Positions 19,949 to 29,438 of a stretch of DNA of 64,000 bases are shown piece by piece. Numbering within the stretch: position 1 is the first letter of the stretch; every line of letters begins with the position of its first letter. Location: positions 160,001-224,000 of the forward strand of contig CBEUCH010000001.1 of the NCBI GenBank assembly GCA_965541585.1, read 5' to 3'. The stretch is from an uncultured bacterium (GTDB lineage: Bacteria > Zixibacteria > MSB-5A5 > UBA10806). Made by a program: the position numbers and the translations under genes. The notes below the pieces were generated by a model, which was given only the letters and a program-made list of their open reading frames with translations, did no database searches and had not been told where the DNA came from.

Positions 19949-20617
19949 TCAAGATTTGATTTGTGTTGCCGCCCCGGACGGTTTGGATTTGATTTTCTCC
20001 ACAACTCGAATTTGCCGTGGAGCCGAAATACTGCCCGATACAAAGAATTTGATTCCGTCTTCCACCGAAATGTCGAGAATTTTCGCTTCCCCCGCAGGGA
20101 TAAGTATCGCCATTCCGGAAAAAGGCGTTGGGGTCGAAGGTATGAAGATGCTCCAGAATTCTTTCTCGCCGTCTGCGAGATGGATCTTGATACGATTGGC
20201 CAGAAAACCCAGAGCGTAAGTTCCCCTTCGGGGATATTCGATCATCACGACATTTTCGAACGTTTTTTTTTCCGGAACCGCTATTCCCTCTATGAGCTGT
20301 TTCGACGCCGAGTAAAGCGTCCTGAAAAACGGAATCTTTAAAAGAAATCTCTCCCACAGTCTGTATATCTTCTGGCCGAAGACGTTGGTTGTCAATATTC
20401 CGGAGAGCATGATCAGCATCAGAGTAACCGCCAGTCCTATGAAAGGGAATCCATAATCCTGGCCGAGAATTTTCACCACGTAGGGCTTTACAAAATTATC
20501 TATGGATTCTATGCCGAATTTTAATATAGCCACGGCAACAAACAAGGGGACAATAACGAGCATCCCCGATAGAAACCTGGTCTTTATCGTAATCTTGAAT
20601 TCGTCTCTGAGAGTCAT
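19949..20617 (-). CDS. DUF502 family membrane protein
   Basis: KIPFFRTLYSASKQ, IEYPRRG, FIPSTPTPFSG motifs. Confidence 0.88.
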   Translation of the reverse strand: MTLRDEFKITIKTRFLSGMLVIVPLFVAVAILKFGIESIDNFVKPYVVKILGQDYGFPFIGLAVTLMLIMLSGILTTNVFGQKIYRLWERFLLKIPFFRTLYSASKQLIEGIAVPEKKTFENVVMIEYPRRGTYALGFLANRIKIHLADGEKEFWSIFIPSTPTPFSGMAILIPAGEAKILDISVEDGIKFFVSGSISAPRQIRVVEKIKSKPSGAATQIKS

Positions 20618-20792
20618 GAGATTTATTATTCGGGTGAACCTGACCGGTGTCAAGCGAAAAGGATTTCACCGTCCGTAGCCGCGCCCTCCGACAATCCATA
20701 TTCTTAATGATATTCTCGGCTCTCAATCTGTTTACATAAGCCGGAATCCCGGTATTATTTCAGGCCGGGGGTAATGGTGCGACTTTATCCAT

Positions 20793-22220
20793 TCAAAGCT
20801 GGGGGAAAAAGACCCGGGCCGCCTGCCTGGCCCATTCATAGAAAGTCGACGGAAGCACACAGATTAAGATGACCATGGCTCCGGAGATTGCAATCCCCAG
20901 GCCGAGAGTCGGCCCGAAGAGTATTCTCGATTCGTCGTCGCCCCTGCGGAAAAACATCTTGCGGACCACGTTCATGTAGTAGAATAACGATACCACCGAC
21001 ATCAAAACGGCGATTACCACCAGCCAGTAGATATGCTCTTTTACGGCAGCGGCGAAAAGCCAGTATTTACCGAGAAAACCCGCGGTGGGGGGGATGCCGA
21101 CCAGAGACAGCATAAATATAGTCATCATGGCCGAGGCCAGAGGATTTCTCCTTATCAAGCCGGCGTAGTCGTCAATTTGATCCGATCCGGTCATATTGGA
21201 AAAACCGATTGCCACCATGAAGGCGCCGATATTGGCGAACATATAGGCCATCAGAAAGATCATCATCCCGATAATGGAATAGCCGTTACCTGCTGCGAGG
21301 GCAACTAACACATAACCGATCTGGGCGATTGAAGAATACGCCAGCATCCTCTTGATATTGGATTGCATAAGAGCCACGAAATTCCCGATCACCATGGCCA
21401 GCACGGCCACGATTTCCAAAAGCAGGACCCAATCGGTCTTTGCAATAATGAGCGGGCTGAAGAAAATTCTGACGAATGCCACCAGCCCGGCTGCTTTTGA
21501 GGCGACTGAAAGGAAAGCCGTAACGGGCGTGGGAGCTCCCTCGTATACGTCCGGAGCCCACATGTGAAACGGGGCCGCAGCCAGCTTGAATCCGAATCCC
21601 GCGATAAATAATACTATCGCCAGTCCGAGCCCCAGGCTGAGACCTTCAGCGGTTAAATCCCAGCTATTAATATCGGCCAGCATGGTGGTGCCGGTGAGGC
21701 CATACAGCATGCTCAAGCCGAAAAGCAAAATACCCGAGGATGCCCCTCCAATTATGAGATATTTCAGACCGGCTTCTGTTGATTTCAGATCTTTTTTCAA
21801 AAAGGCGGCCAGCACGTAAAGGGGTATGGTGGCAAGCTCCAACGATACATACAGCGTGATAAGCTCACCGGCCCCTGCCAGGAACATCATACCAACGGTG
21901 GCCAGCAGTATGAGACCGTAAAACTCGCCTTTATGCTTGATTCTTATTTCCACAAAATCTATGGATGCAATGATCGTCAGCATCGCCGTGAGCAGGAATA
22001 TTTCATTAAACAGCCTGCCGTAATCATCGGATAAATAGGTGCCGAAGAAACCCTGCCCGGCATCTACAAACACGGCCAGGACAGCGGTTATCGCCAGCCC
22101 CAGAATGGAGAGATAGCCGAGGCCTCTGCGGCTGCCATCCTTTTTGAGAAAATCAATTGCTATGATGAGCATCGCCCAGCATGTCAGGAAGATCTGTGGA
22201 ATTATCAGCGAAATATTCAT
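20793..22220 (-). CDS. nuoN: NADH-quinone oxidoreductase subunit N
   Basis: EAGLKY, FKLAAAPFHMWAPDVYEGAPTP, KRMLAYSSI. Confidence 0.96.
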   Translation of the reverse strand: MNISLIIPQIFLTCWAMLIIAIDFLKKDGSRRGLGYLSILGLAITAVLAVFVDAGQGFFGTYLSDDYGRLFNEIFLLTAMLTIIASIDFVEIRIKHKGEFYGLILLATVGMMFLAGAGELITLYVSLELATIPLYVLAAFLKKDLKSTEAGLKYLIIGGASSGILLFGLSMLYGLTGTTMLADINSWDLTAEGLSLGLGLAIVLFIAGFGFKLAAAPFHMWAPDVYEGAPTPVTAFLSVASKAAGLVAFVRIFFSPLIIAKTDWVLLLEIVAVLAMVIGNFVALMQSNIKRMLAYSSIAQIGYVLVALAAGNGYSIIGMMIFLMAYMFANIGAFMVAIGFSNMTGSDQIDDYAGLIRRNPLASAMMTIFMLSLVGIPPTAGFLGKYWLFAAAVKEHIYWLVVIAVLMSVVSLFYYMNVVRKMFFRRGDDESRILFGPTLGLGIAISGAMVILICVLPSTFYEWARQAARVFFPQL

Positions 22221-23749
22221 GATCCGAGTATCAGTTTTACGAGGTTATCGACTGTATCTTTTAAGAAAACATTCAAAACTTTTGGATAAACTCCCACTAA
22301 AAGAGTGAAAACAGCCAGGGGGATGACAGTGAAGATTTCCCGGCCGTTTATCTCTGTTAGACCCTCCCATCTGGTGTTGAATTGCCCCAGAAACATCCTC
22401 TGGATCATCCTGAGAATATACACGGCGGTTAGAACCACTCCCAGTATAGCCACTATGACTATCCATTTGGAGACGAAGATCGACTGGAACGAGCCGACGA
22501 AAACCATGAATTCGGAAATAAAGCCACTCATTCCCGGAAGACCTAACGAAGCCATTCCGAACAGCACGAAAAGGCCGGTGAAAACCGGTATCTTAACTCC
22601 TAGTCCGCCGAATGCTGCAATCTCCCTGGTATGGGCCCTGTCATATAAAACCCCCACGAGAAGGAACAATGCCCCTGTTATCACGCCGTGGGAGAACATC
22701 TGGAAAAGGCAGCCAGATATGCCGACTGTCGTAATGGCCGCCATACCAAGCAGGCAATATCCCATATGCGAAACAGAGGAGTAGGCCACCAGCTTCTTAA
22801 GATCAGTCTGCGCCATGGAAACCAGCGCGCCGTAGATGATGCCGATCAGGCCGAGGATCGCTATCGGTATGGCGTAGGCGACGGTTGCTTCCGGGAACAT
22901 GGGGAAAGAGACCCTCAGGATACCGTAGGTGCCCATCTTCAACAATACCCCGGCCAGGATAACCGATACGGCTGTCGGCGCCTCCACATGGGCGTCGGGT
23001 AACCACGTATGGAACGGCCAGACCGGAATCTTTATGGCGAAGGCTATGAAGAAAGTAGCGAACACCCACATCTGAAACAGGTGGGAGTAGAGTGAGTTCT
23101 GCCGTATAAGCGCCAGCATGTCAAGCGACCCGACCGTGAAATAAAGGGCCAGAATACCGACCAGCATAAAGACCGAACCGAAAAGCGTATATAGAAAGAA
23201 CTTGATCGCCGCGTATTCCCGTCGAGGGCCGCCCCAGACACCGATTAGGAAATACATGGGGACTAACATGATTTCCCAGAAGATGTAAAATAAGAAAAAG
23301 TCGAGGGCGCAGAAGACGCCGATCATGCCAACCTCGAGCAGCAAAAACCAGGCGAAATATTCTTTTACCCTGTCTTTGATACCGAAGGAGGCGATAATCG
23401 AGACGAAAGATAAAAGCCCCGTCAGAAAGAGCATCGGCACCGAAAGACCGTCGGCGCCCATGATATACTGGACGTTGACCTGCGGGAACCAACTCAGCGG
23501 TCGGGCGAAATCGAAAACGAATCCCTGAGTCTCGCTGTGAATGTTGAAAAGCATCCCCGTACCCATGGCCTCGAAATAGAACCAGACTAAATAAATAGAG
23601 AGTACAAAAGGAACGAAGGAGAAGAAGGCAGCGGTCCATCGAATCGCCCCCACCGATTCTTTCTTCAATAGGAGAATCGCCACGATCCCGATTAAGGGGA
23701 TGAAGGTCATATATGTTAATATTGGAAATGGTAATGTTATCGGTTCCAA
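22217..23749 (-). CDS. nuoM: NADH-quinone oxidoreductase subunit M
   Basis: FWEIMLVPMY, AIKIPVWPFHTWLPDAHVEAPT, LLKMGTYG. Confidence 0.96.
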   Translation of the reverse strand: MEPITLPFPILTYMTFIPLIGIVAILLLKKESVGAIRWTAAFFSFVPFVLSIYLVWFYFEAMGTGMLFNIHSETQGFVFDFARPLSWFPQVNVQYIMGADGLSVPMLFLTGLLSFVSIIASFGIKDRVKEYFAWFLLLEVGMIGVFCALDFFLFYIFWEIMLVPMYFLIGVWGGPRREYAAIKFFLYTLFGSVFMLVGILALYFTVGSLDMLALIRQNSLYSHLFQMWVFATFFIAFAIKIPVWPFHTWLPDAHVEAPTAVSVILAGVLLKMGTYGILRVSFPMFPEATVAYAIPIAILGLIGIIYGALVSMAQTDLKKLVAYSSVSHMGYCLLGMAAITTVGISGCLFQMFSHGVITGALFLLVGVLYDRAHTREIAAFGGLGVKIPVFTGLFVLFGMASLGLPGMSGFISEFMVFVGSFQSIFVSKWIVIVAILGVVLTAVYILRMIQRMFLGQFNTRWEGLTEINGREIFTVIPLAVFTLLVGVYPKVLNVFLKDTVDNLVKLILGS

Positions 23750-23766
23750 CTAATCCTCCTTTATCG

Positions 23767-25932
23767 TCAAATTAGCTTTATAAATAAGAAGACCACCGCG
23801 CCGAAAAACACCACCAGCGCATAGGTCTGCAATTGACCGGTTTGTATCTTTCTGAGTGTCCTGCCGAAAAACATCGAGAGATAACCTGTGCCGTTGACGG
23901 CGCCATCGACCACATAGGTGTCGAATCGCTCATTTGCCCACGAGATGAATAGAGTCAGCTTCCCCGTGCCGTTGACGATGCCATCTATTATAAGGAGATC
24001 GAATTTGAAAAGAAAATCGGCCAACCGATACGTCGGATTGACTATAACGGCCATGTAGAGCTCATCGAAATACCACTTGTTATACAGGAATGTATATATC
24101 GGCTTGAACCTCTGCGCCATTTTCACCGGAGAAATTACTCCTTTGTAATACATTAGATAGGCCAGGCCAATGCCTGATGCGGCTACTACCAGCGAAATAA
24201 ACATAAGCAATATACTGGGCTCCACGTGGTGAACTGCACCGTAATAGACGAAGGAGGAATAACCCTTGTGGAGCCAGGGTATGCCGACCCAGCCGGCGCA
24301 GATCGAAAGCACCGCGAGTATCATCAGGGGTATAGTCATATTCTTAGGGGATTCGTGGGCATGGTCATAGGCGTGCTGATCGCGCGGCTTCCCGGTGAAC
24401 GTCATAAAATACAGCCTGAACATATAGAAGGCGGTCATGCCTGCAACGAGAATTCCAACCAGGAGGAATATATAATGCCCACCTGCAAGGGCCGTGGCGA
24501 AGATCTCGTCCTTCGACCAGAAACCTGCCAGGGGAAAGATCCCGGATATGGATAAGCTGGCGATAAGGAACGTTATGGATGTTATCTTCAATTTTTTGTG
24601 CAACCCTCCCATGAACTGGATATCGTTGGTGTGGACAGCGTGTATAACCGAACCGGCGCCCAGGAAAAGGAGGGCTTTGAAACAGGCGTGGGTCATAAGA
24701 TGAAAAGTCCCCGCGGTGAATCCCGCGAGGCCCAGGGCCATGATCATGTAACCCAGCTGGGAGACGGTGGAATAGGCCAGGACACGTTTTATATCATTTT
24801 GCACGAGACCTATAGACGCCGCCAGAAACGCCGTGAATGCTCCTACCGACGCTACAACAAGCATCATGGTCTCCGATATCATGATTATTCCCATCAGGCG
24901 GGCGGTCAGGTAGACTCCCGCCGCCACCATGGTAGCAGCATGAATCAGGGCGGAGACCGGTGTCGGGCCCTCCATGGCGTCGGGCAGCCACACATGAAGA
25001 GGGAACTGCGCCGATTTTCCCACGGCACCGCAGAACATCAGGATGCCGGCTATAACCACCAGCGGCAGCATATTCGATGCTATCTGGCCGTTGGCGATCA
25101 TATAATCGAGCTCGGGTAGAGATGCTGTACCGACAGCGAAGATGAGTATTACCAATCCGAGGAGGAATCCCAGATCGCCTATCTTGGTGGTCACGAACGC
25201 TTTCTTGCCGGCATCGGAAGCGGATTTCTTTTCGAACCAGAAACCAATCAATAAATAAGACGTTAATCCCACAAGCTCCCAGAAGACGAACATCAATACA
25301 TATGTGCCGGCCAACACCAGGCCCAGCATGGAGAAGGTAAATAGTGAAAGATAAGCGAAATACCTGGCGAATCGCGGATCGCCGTGCATGTAGCCCAAAG
25401 AATAGATTTGCACCAGCGCGGCCACTATGGTGACCACCAGGAGCATGATCGCCGTCAGGGGATCTATGTATATACCCATGGGAACGACAAAGGCGCCTTT
25501 TTTACCGTGCCTCTGAGGCTCATGGAATTTCAGGTGGCCGGATTCAGCGTGCTCCACGTTATCACCGGGATGGGTGGAGCCTGATGATTCCAATTGTGGC
25601 GTTTCCGACCCTAAAATAGATTCGGTTTCATGATCCTCCGAAGATTCTGATTCGTGGATTTCTGTTACGCCGCCATGTTCATTTTGATCGGGGATTATCC
25701 CTTCGGCCCCGGCCATACCGCCATCACCGAGAACCACCCATTCGATCCAGTATTCGCGGGGCGTGGGATCTTTTATAACCTCGATAAGGACGATGACGGA
25801 TAAGACAAATGATAAGAGAACCATTGATATGGAGAAATAGCTGGAGACCTTGTTACTTCTGTTGAAGAAGAATATGATCAGGATAGATGCCAGCAGGGGA
25901 AGCGCCGCAATTATCCAGCTATAAGGTGACAT
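23767..25932 (-). CDS. nuoL: NADH-quinone oxidoreductase subunit L (with His/Glu loop and duplicated transverse-helix segment)
   Basis: GKSAQFPLHVWLPDAMEGPTPVSALIHAATMV, AYSTVSQLG, GFWSKDEI. Confidence 0.96.
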   Translation of the reverse strand: MSPYSWIIAALPLLASILIIFFFNRSNKVSSYFSISMVLLSFVLSVIVLIEVIKDPTPREYWIEWVVLGDGGMAGAEGIIPDQNEHGGVTEIHESESSEDHETESILGSETPQLESSGSTHPGDNVEHAESGHLKFHEPQRHGKKGAFVVPMGIYIDPLTAIMLLVVTIVAALVQIYSLGYMHGDPRFARYFAYLSLFTFSMLGLVLAGTYVLMFVFWELVGLTSYLLIGFWFEKKSASDAGKKAFVTTKIGDLGFLLGLVILIFAVGTASLPELDYMIANGQIASNMLPLVVIAGILMFCGAVGKSAQFPLHVWLPDAMEGPTPVSALIHAATMVAAGVYLTARLMGIIMISETMMLVVASVGAFTAFLAASIGLVQNDIKRVLAYSTVSQLGYMIMALGLAGFTAGTFHLMTHACFKALLFLGAGSVIHAVHTNDIQFMGGLHKKLKITSITFLIASLSISGIFPLAGFWSKDEIFATALAGGHYIFLLVGILVAGMTAFYMFRLYFMTFTGKPRDQHAYDHAHESPKNMTIPLMILAVLSICAGWVGIPWLHKGYSSFVYYGAVHHVEPSILLMFISLVVAASGIGLAYLMYYKGVISPVKMAQRFKPIYTFLYNKWYFDELYMAVIVNPTYRLADFLFKFDLLIIDGIVNGTGKLTLFISWANERFDTYVVDGAVNGTGYLSMFFGRTLRKIQTGQLQTYALVVFFGAVVFLFIKLI

Positions 25933-26654
25933 CAGTTATTATCTCCTGACTCATTCTTGTTTCTGGCCGCTTGCATATTCTCCGTTTCCAGAGGCGGCTT
26001 CCCGTTCTGTGTTTTCACTATCGCCGATATTTCCTTGAAGGCTCCGGCTACGGGAGCCGCCATGGGATTGCCTGAGACCAACGTGGGTATGCTGGCAATT
26101 ACGTTCATTGTTATTCTGTCTTTTATACAGACCCGGTCCAGGCCGGTAAGGCCTACGCTATAAGAGAAAGATGTCAGGACGATAAAGAATATGGCGGCGA
26201 TGATTACCCCGAACTTCCGGAGGTTGCCGGGATTTGTGCCGGCCAAGGCTCTCCAGGTGACCATGAAAGGAAATGCCGATATCATAATGCCGCTGGCGAG
26301 GCCGAAGATTATTCCCCGCCACAGGACTACTGCGAGATCAACGTCTGTGAAAGTCTTTAAGGCTCCCGGCGAGTCGACGAGAGAATACGAAATGAATCCG
26401 AGCCCAAAAAAGACGGCCAGTATGGACCCCAGAGCCCAGCCTGATTTCAGAGAAGCCCTGGTTTTGAGCGATGAAGATTTCTTGTAATACAGGAAAAATC
26501 CGGCCGCAGAGAGCATAAATACGAAATAATATAGATCGACCGGCAACTGGAAGAGGTTAACGAATAAGAGTGGCAGACCGAAAAGCAGCACGCATAAATC
26601 AAAGATCCATATCAGATGTTTCCAGCTCCGCGTATTTAAGTTGACCGATACCAT
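25932..26654 (-). CDS. Unknown multi-pass membrane protein inside the nuo operon
   Basis: 240 aa, about 6 hydrophobic segments; starts 4 nt after nuoK stop; TGATG overlap with nuoL. Confidence 0.8.
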   Translation of the reverse strand: MVSVNLNTRSWKHLIWIFDLCVLLFGLPLLFVNLFQLPVDLYYFVFMLSAAGFFLYYKKSSSLKTRASLKSGWALGSILAVFFGLGFISYSLVDSPGALKTFTDVDLAVVLWRGIIFGLASGIMISAFPFMVTWRALAGTNPGNLRKFGVIIAAIFFIVLTSFSYSVGLTGLDRVCIKDRITMNVIASIPTLVSGNPMAAPVAGAFKEISAIVKTQNGKPPLETENMQAARNKNESGDNN

Positions 26655-26658
26655 TATC

Positions 26659-26967
26659 TCACCATTTCATGAAGTTGATTTTGTCCACCTCGATGCCGCG
26701 GAAATTTCTGTATAGCAGTATGACAATAGCCAGGCCCACGGCGGCCTCGGCGGCGGCGATGGTTATTATGAATATCGCGAAGATCTGTCCGGTGATCGCC
26801 TCCGGTGTTAAAAATCTCGAGAATGCCACGAAATTTATATTTACCGCATTAAACATAAGCTCGATAGACATCAAAACACCTACGGCGTTACGCCGTGTCA
26901 AGAGCCCGAATATCCCGATAGAGAAAAGTGCCGATGAGAGTATTAGATAATGGGTCAGTTCCGGCAT
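26659..26967 (-). CDS. nuoK: NADH-quinone oxidoreductase subunit K
   Basis: RRN..LMSIELMFNAVN, AAAEAAVGLA. Confidence 0.96.
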   Translation of the reverse strand: MPELTHYLILSSALFSIGIFGLLTRRNAVGVLMSIELMFNAVNINFVAFSRFLTPEAITGQIFAIFIITIAAAEAAVGLAIVILLYRNFRGIEVDKINFMKW

Positions 26968-26968
26968 C

Positions 26969-27823
26969 CTAATTGTCCTTCCTGGCAATAACTATGGCGC
27001 CCAGAAGTGCTGCCAGCAAGAGAACCGAAACCACCTCGAACGGCAATACGAATCTCGACATCAGGAGCCGCCCGATAGTCTCGGTGTTACTGTTGGAGAG
27101 CTTTATTGTGATTTTCTGCTCATCATTATTATGGTTTAATAGAATCCAGACGGCATTGGATATGGCATCATAGTTGACCTTCTCGCTCCAGATTTTCAGA
27201 TAGATGATCTGCTTATCTGAAAATACGGTTTGCTCGGTGGAGAAGCCCGGGCTGGCGGAGAGTATGTATCCATTGTCCTCAGCCGGTTCCGTCGCCGGTT
27301 TTGCGAAGTGGGCTTGCCATAACTCATCATTTATAATGTTAATGCCTCCCACGGCGCCGAAACTTTCTCCCAGCGTATCCCGGATATTGGCGGTCCAATG
27401 CCAACTCTTTCCTTCTGTCAATAATTCTGATGTCTCGACGGATGCCGTCCAAGATCCTGTATTTCTGGGGGCGGGAGCGGCACCGCCGAAAGTTCTGACC
27501 ATGGCCAATGCCGCCAGGACAAAGAAAAAACCGCCTATTATGGCTGCCGGAATCGCCTGTTCGTTTACCTGCCGGATCGACTTTGATTGTATCTGGTAAG
27601 TCAGCATGATAGCGAACAGGATAAGTATTGTAACCGCGCCGACATAGATGAGTACCTGGACTGCAGCCAGAAACTCCGCATTCAGCATCAGATATATTCC
27701 TGCAACGAAGAAGAAAGTCAGAACTAAAAGCAGCGCTGAATGGAAAATATTACGAAGAGTAACCACCATGATGGCGCAAACGAGGATAACGCCGGCCAGA
27801 AGATAGAATAACAACAGGCTCAA
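26969..27823 (-). CDS. nuoJ: NADH-quinone oxidoreductase subunit J with large soluble insertion
   Basis: AEFLAAVQVLIYVGAV, PFEVVSVLLLAALLGAI; 284 aa. Confidence 0.93.
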   Translation of the reverse strand: MSLLLFYLLAGVILVCAIMVVTLRNIFHSALLLVLTFFFVAGIYLMLNAEFLAAVQVLIYVGAVTILILFAIMLTYQIQSKSIRQVNEQAIPAAIIGGFFFVLAALAMVRTFGGAAPAPRNTGSWTASVETSELLTEGKSWHWTANIRDTLGESFGAVGGINIINDELWQAHFAKPATEPAEDNGYILSASPGFSTEQTVFSDKQIIYLKIWSEKVNYDAISNAVWILLNHNNDEQKITIKLSNSNTETIGRLLMSRFVLPFEVVSVLLLAALLGAIVIARKDN

Positions 27824-28377
27824 GTGGTTCCCTCCTCATCGTCGTTCACCGGTTTTGTCTCCAGGTTTGATCTGGCGTCGTTTTTTGGTGATTCAGATGG
27901 CTTGCCCTCCCGTTTTTTCTTTTTCCTCGGTTCGTATTTGACATCGCGGCCGATTTCCTGAAGCCTGTCTTTATCGTAAATCAGTTCCTGCCTGTCGAAG
28001 ACGGAGAACTCATACTTGCCGGTGAGCTTGATAGCGTCGAAATTGCAGACCTCCTCGCAGATCCCGCAGAAGCAGCAGATGGTGTTGTCAATCTTGAATT
28101 CGTCCGGGAACCTCTTGCCGGCCTCGTCTTTTTCCTGGGTGATATACATGGCATTGACCGGGCATTGCTTCATACATATCAGGCAGGCGGTGCAGTTGAG
28201 TTTACCGGTTTCGGGATCGGATAGCAGAACGACCACGCCTCGCGAGCGCTCCGGCATTGGCCATCGCTCATCCGGGTATTGGAGAGTAACGGATTTCTTA
28301 GGAAGATACTTGCCGGTGGTTTTCAGGCCAATAAGCAAGTTCCAGAATCCTTTGACAATTTCTTTTATCACGCTCAT
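27820..28377 (-). CDS. nuoI: NADH-quinone oxidoreductase subunit I
   Basis: TLQYP, CTACLICMKQCP and CCFCGICEEVC. Confidence 0.95.
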   Translation of the reverse strand: MSVIKEIVKGFWNLLIGLKTTGKYLPKKSVTLQYPDERWPMPERSRGVVVLLSDPETGKLNCTACLICMKQCPVNAMYITQEKDEAGKRFPDEFKIDNTICCFCGICEEVCNFDAIKLTGKYEFSVFDRQELIYDKDRLQEIGRDVKYEPRKKKKREGKPSESPKNDARSNLETKPVNDDEEGTT

Positions 28378-28379
28378 AA

Positions 28380-29438
28380 TTATTTGAAAAGGTAAACTCC
28401 CAGTCCGGTCAAAATAAGATTAGCAAACGCCAGGGGCAGCAGAAACTTCCAGGCGAAACTCATGAGCTGATCGACACGCAGCCGGGGATAAGTCCATCTG
28501 AACCACATCAGCACAAAAACCAAGAATAGAGTTTTGCCGAAAAACCAGATCCAACTCGGTATGAAAGATAATCCCGGCAGAGGCGGCTGCCATCCGCCTA
28601 AGAAAAGAGTGGTGGCGACAGCCGAAACCGTAAACATGTTCACAAATTCCGCCAGAAAAAACATGGCGAATTTCATTCCCGAGTATTCGACATTGAATCC
28701 CGCCACCAATTCCTGCTCGGCTTCCGGCAGGTCGAATGGAGTCCTGTTGGCTTCCGCTATGGAGGCCACGAAATAGATCCCGAATCCCAGGATCTGGGGC
28801 AGCCAGAACCATCGCCAGAAATACGGGCCCTGGGCCTCGACAATGTCCACCATGGACAAAGAGCCGGCGAGCATTATGGCTCCCATGACTGATATTGTAA
28901 GCGGTACCTCGTAGGAAACGATCTGGGCCGCCGATCTCATACCGCCCAGTAACGCATACTTGTTATTGGACGCCCATCCCGCCATCAGAAGCGAGATGAC
29001 TGTGAACGATGTTATGGCCAGCACATATAGGATGCCGATATTGAGATCGCGGGCAATCAATCCTTTGCCGAAGGGAATGACTATATAGGCCATAAAGGCG
29101 GTCGCGAATACCACCACGGGCGCCCAGAAGTAGACTTTTTTATCGGCCACGTCCGGGACTATATCTTCCTTTTGAAGAAGCTTGATGCCATCGGCCAGAG
29201 TCTGCAAGACTCCATGTGGGCCGGTGCGCATGGGGCCGAGCCGATCCTGAAAGTGAGCGGAGATTTTCCTTTCCCACCAGACCAGGAAAAGCGCCAGAAG
29301 CGAAAGGACTCCGATTATCACGAGCCCGGCGAAAACCATAACGAGAAGATCAAGCCAGATAACGGGGATACCCCGGCTTATAAACCAGGTGGCGAGTGAT
29401 TCATATATATTCAATAGAACGTTATCCAACTCCAGCAT
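28380..29438 (-). CDS. nuoH: NADH-quinone oxidoreductase subunit H
   Basis: ERK..QDRLGP, ADGIKLLQKED, NRTPFDLPEAE. Confidence 0.97.
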   Translation of the reverse strand: MLELDNVLLNIYESLATWFISRGIPVIWLDLLVMVFAGLVIIGVLSLLALFLVWWERKISAHFQDRLGPMRTGPHGVLQTLADGIKLLQKEDIVPDVADKKVYFWAPVVVFATAFMAYIVIPFGKGLIARDLNIGILYVLAITSFTVISLLMAGWASNNKYALLGGMRSAAQIVSYEVPLTISVMGAIMLAGSLSMVDIVEAQGPYFWRWFWLPQILGFGIYFVASIAEANRTPFDLPEAEQELVAGFNVEYSGMKFAMFFLAEFVNMFTVSAVATTLFLGGWQPPLPGLSFIPSWIWFFGKTLFLVFVLMWFRWTYPRLRVDQLMSFAWKFLLPLAFANLILTGLGVYLFK

